Source: Plasmodiophora brassicae
Lineage: Eukaryota
Direction: 5' to 3'
NCBI GenBank assembly: GCA_036867785.1
Contig: CP145411.1
Location: 1,674,001-1,738,000 of the forward strand
Length of the DNA: 64,000 nt
The notes under the pieces: generated by a model
Told to the model about the DNA's origin: nothing
The model's database searches: none
Seen by the model: only the letters and a program-made list of their open reading frames with translations
Part shown: positions 61,430 through 64,000 of the stretch, piece by piece
How positions within the stretch are numbered: position 1 is the first letter of the stretch
Layout of the letters: each line of letters opens with the position of its first letter
Position numbers and translations under genes: made by a program

Positions 61430-63750
61430 TCATGCGTCCGCCTCTTCCAGATGCTTGAAGTGGAGCGCGATCGGGAAGTTATCGGGCAGGGACGACGACA
61501 GCTTGCTGTTCGATCGTCGTTCGCGCTTCTCGGCGATGCGGTCCTCGGTGAACGACGACGCTCTGGGCTTCCGAGACGACGCGCCAGCATGGAGGTCGAA
61601 CGACGGAGGGGTCAAATGCATCAGGCGGAGTTCATCCCAGTCGTAGCAGTCGAAGAAGGGATGGGCCATGATCTCGTCGAGTGGTGACAGCACGCCCCCA
61701 CGGAAGACGCCGAGGCGCTTGGACCTGTCCGGGTTCAGCAACTTGCGAACGAGGTCGTCAGCGTTGCGATCGGTGATGCCGGTGAGCCCCGAGATCGGAT
61801 TCGCAATCCGGTCGTACTGGTTCAGGGTCAGCATCTCGTAGAGGATGCAGCCGACCGCCCACCAGTCGCATTCCGGCCCATAGTGGCCCTTCGGTACCGC
61901 ATTGAACATCTCCGGGCTGGTGTACTTCCATTCGCGTCGACCCTTGAGTAAGGGCGGGTCGGCGGAGAACTTGACGCCCACGACCGCCCTGGAGAAATCG
62001 GTCAGGCGAATGAACCCCCGGTCGTCGAGCAGGATGTGGCCCGGTTTCAGGTCGCAGTGCATGATGCCGTACTCGTGCAGGTGCCCAACCGACAGCACGA
62101 GCGATGCGGCATAGAACCTGACGACCGTCATCAGGATGCCTTTGGAGTCGTGTGTGAGCAGACGCCGATAGCCGAAATTGCCAATGACCTGCACGGGCGA
62201 CCCGTCAGCATACGCAGAGTCGCGTACCGGTGAGACTCACATCAGTTAGAAGAGACCCGCCGCGGCACCACTCGAGGAACATGGAGATCATCCCCGAACG
62301 TTCGTCCGTCTGGGTCAGGTACCGCACGATGAACGGGTGCGGAACCATGGCCTTATGCACGTCTGCCTCGACATTCGCATACGCGCGCATGGTGGACGGC
62401 ATGATCTTCTGGACCCCCTCCGGTACGATGTGGCCGTCGTCGCCCTCAATATCCTTGACGACCTGAATCTTGCACGCCTTTGAAAATCGATGCCCGGCCG
62501 GATACGGTTCGATTTCCTCGACGACGGTGTACGTCATCGTCGTCTCGTCGCCAGGTCGGAACCTGGCCGGCATCGAGCAGGAGTCGAGCGCGTGCCAGTC
62601 GAACCCAGCGAACCAGGGAAAGTCCATGATCTCTTCGGCGGTACTGTTGTAATCGCGGGCGACCGGGGGCATACCCAGTCGAACTTTGGGATCGGGATTC
62701 AGAAGAGCGTAGATGAGAGCAGTGGGATACGGTGGAACGTGCGCCGTCAGCGTCGTGCGCGTCGTCACACTGAAGTCCAGCGACGTGCCATCGTAGTAAT
62801 CCAGCGTGTACAGCTCATACAGGACCATGCCCAGCGACCACCAGTCCACGCCAACGCCATGCATCTCCTTCTTCTCCAGCTCCGGTGCAGCAAATCCCCG
62901 AGTCCCTAGGCGCCAGTCCTCCTGCACTTCCTCGACATCGCCATGGAATTGGTGGGCAAACCCCAGGTCAGCGATGACCGGGTACCCGTTGCTTCGAATC
63001 AGGATGTTGTCCGGTTTGATGTCGCGATGTGCAATATGGTGGGAGTGCAAATACTTCAAGCCAAGGATGATGCCCGCGATATAGAATTTCACAATCTCCT
63101 CGGCCGTCCCAGCTTCCACACGACGACGGAACTGCGGGTCGGAAATGGCCTGCAGGATAGCACGCGTGTAAGTTTCACACGGCGCGCGCGATGGACATTC
63201 TCGGCTGTTCCTTACTTTACCAAGGTCGCCATAGGTGGCAGCTTCCATAAGAATATACGCATTCGTGTCGTCATGGAAGGCCTTCAGCGCTTTCAATACA
63301 AATGGATTGTCCACATATAGCATCAGCTGCACTTCTTGAATGAATCCCTGTCCACAATGTCGCGTTATTGCATGTCTTTCACAATGAGGAACTCTGGCCT
63401 CGACACGAACCTTCAGCATGTATCTGTTTCGGAGTTTCTCCAATTTGATGCTCTTCAGCGCCAGGTTCTGCACTCCGTCCCTTCTCGTAGCAGGGCGCAC
63501 CAAGTCGACTTTAGTGTGCGCGTCCGCCAGGACCCGAACGAACACGAATTGATCCTCCACCGGGTCGGGCAGTTTCTGCACAGCGCCGCAGTCAGCGGCG
63601 CGCCGTCGCACAACCCAACGTCCCCCGCCCTACCCGAATGTTAGCCTTCAGCAGATGCGTCTTGACTTCCTGGATGGAATACTGCCCGGCTCCGGCGACA
63701 ATGCCGACAGCGGCAACGACGGTACACAGCACTGCCCATGGCGATGTCAT
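61430..63750 (-). CDS. Signal-peptide-bearing tandem AGC-like Ser/Thr kinase (two kinase domains), multi-exon
   Basis: First exon MTSPWAVLCTVVAAVGIVAGAG. Domain 1: ALK, HRDIKPDN, DLGF, GTRGFAAPE, DWWSLG. Domain 2: HPFIV, HCDLKPGH, DFS, YTSPE, DWWAVG. Confidence 0.8.
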
Positions 63751-64000
63751 CTCGTCGCACGCGCCGCGGCAATGACTGTGCAGCTCGGCCTCGAACCCGC
63801 GTGCGGAGATCGGGCGCCACAGTCAGCGCCAGAAATAGACACTGTCGTTGTCTGCCGCGGGCGACCGCTATTTTTTGTACGCCTCGTAAGTCGTATGGAT
63901 CTCGATGACGGCGCTAATTATAGTAACGACGTATAATGTATATACATTATTGACGTTGTGGGCCTCACCAACGTCATGCTGGAGGCCGGGAGCCAATAGG

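Overview
This is eukaryotic, gene-dense, GC-rich DNA with short (about 45-75 nt) GT-AG introns. That style fits a plasmodiophorid (Phytomyxea) plant parasite such as Plasmodiophora, but the organism is an inference. The dominant feature is a ~39 kb tandem array (11.7-51.0 kb) of 12 paralogues (11 apparently intact, 1 pseudogene, plus a scrambled remnant). Each encodes a signal-peptide-bearing Trf4/PAPD5(TENT4)-like terminal nucleotidyltransferase with the catalytic aspartates intact. The typical layout is signal peptide and basic patch, an unrecognised helical domain, a poly-Lys NLS, a disordered linker with PAM2-like and other short motifs, then the NTase and PAP-associated domains. They look like secreted RNA-tailing effectors. 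Flanking genes are APC1, Lunapark, TAPT1/POD1, initiator tRNA-Met, NSF/Sec18, a PrsW-type protease, SUZ12/VEFS, an ATG22-like MFS transporter and a signal-peptide-bearing tandem kinase. The left end holds a frameshifted HNH gene and two long fold-back hairpins resembling miRNA or hairpin-RNA precursors. Exon boundaries were read by eye and are approximate.
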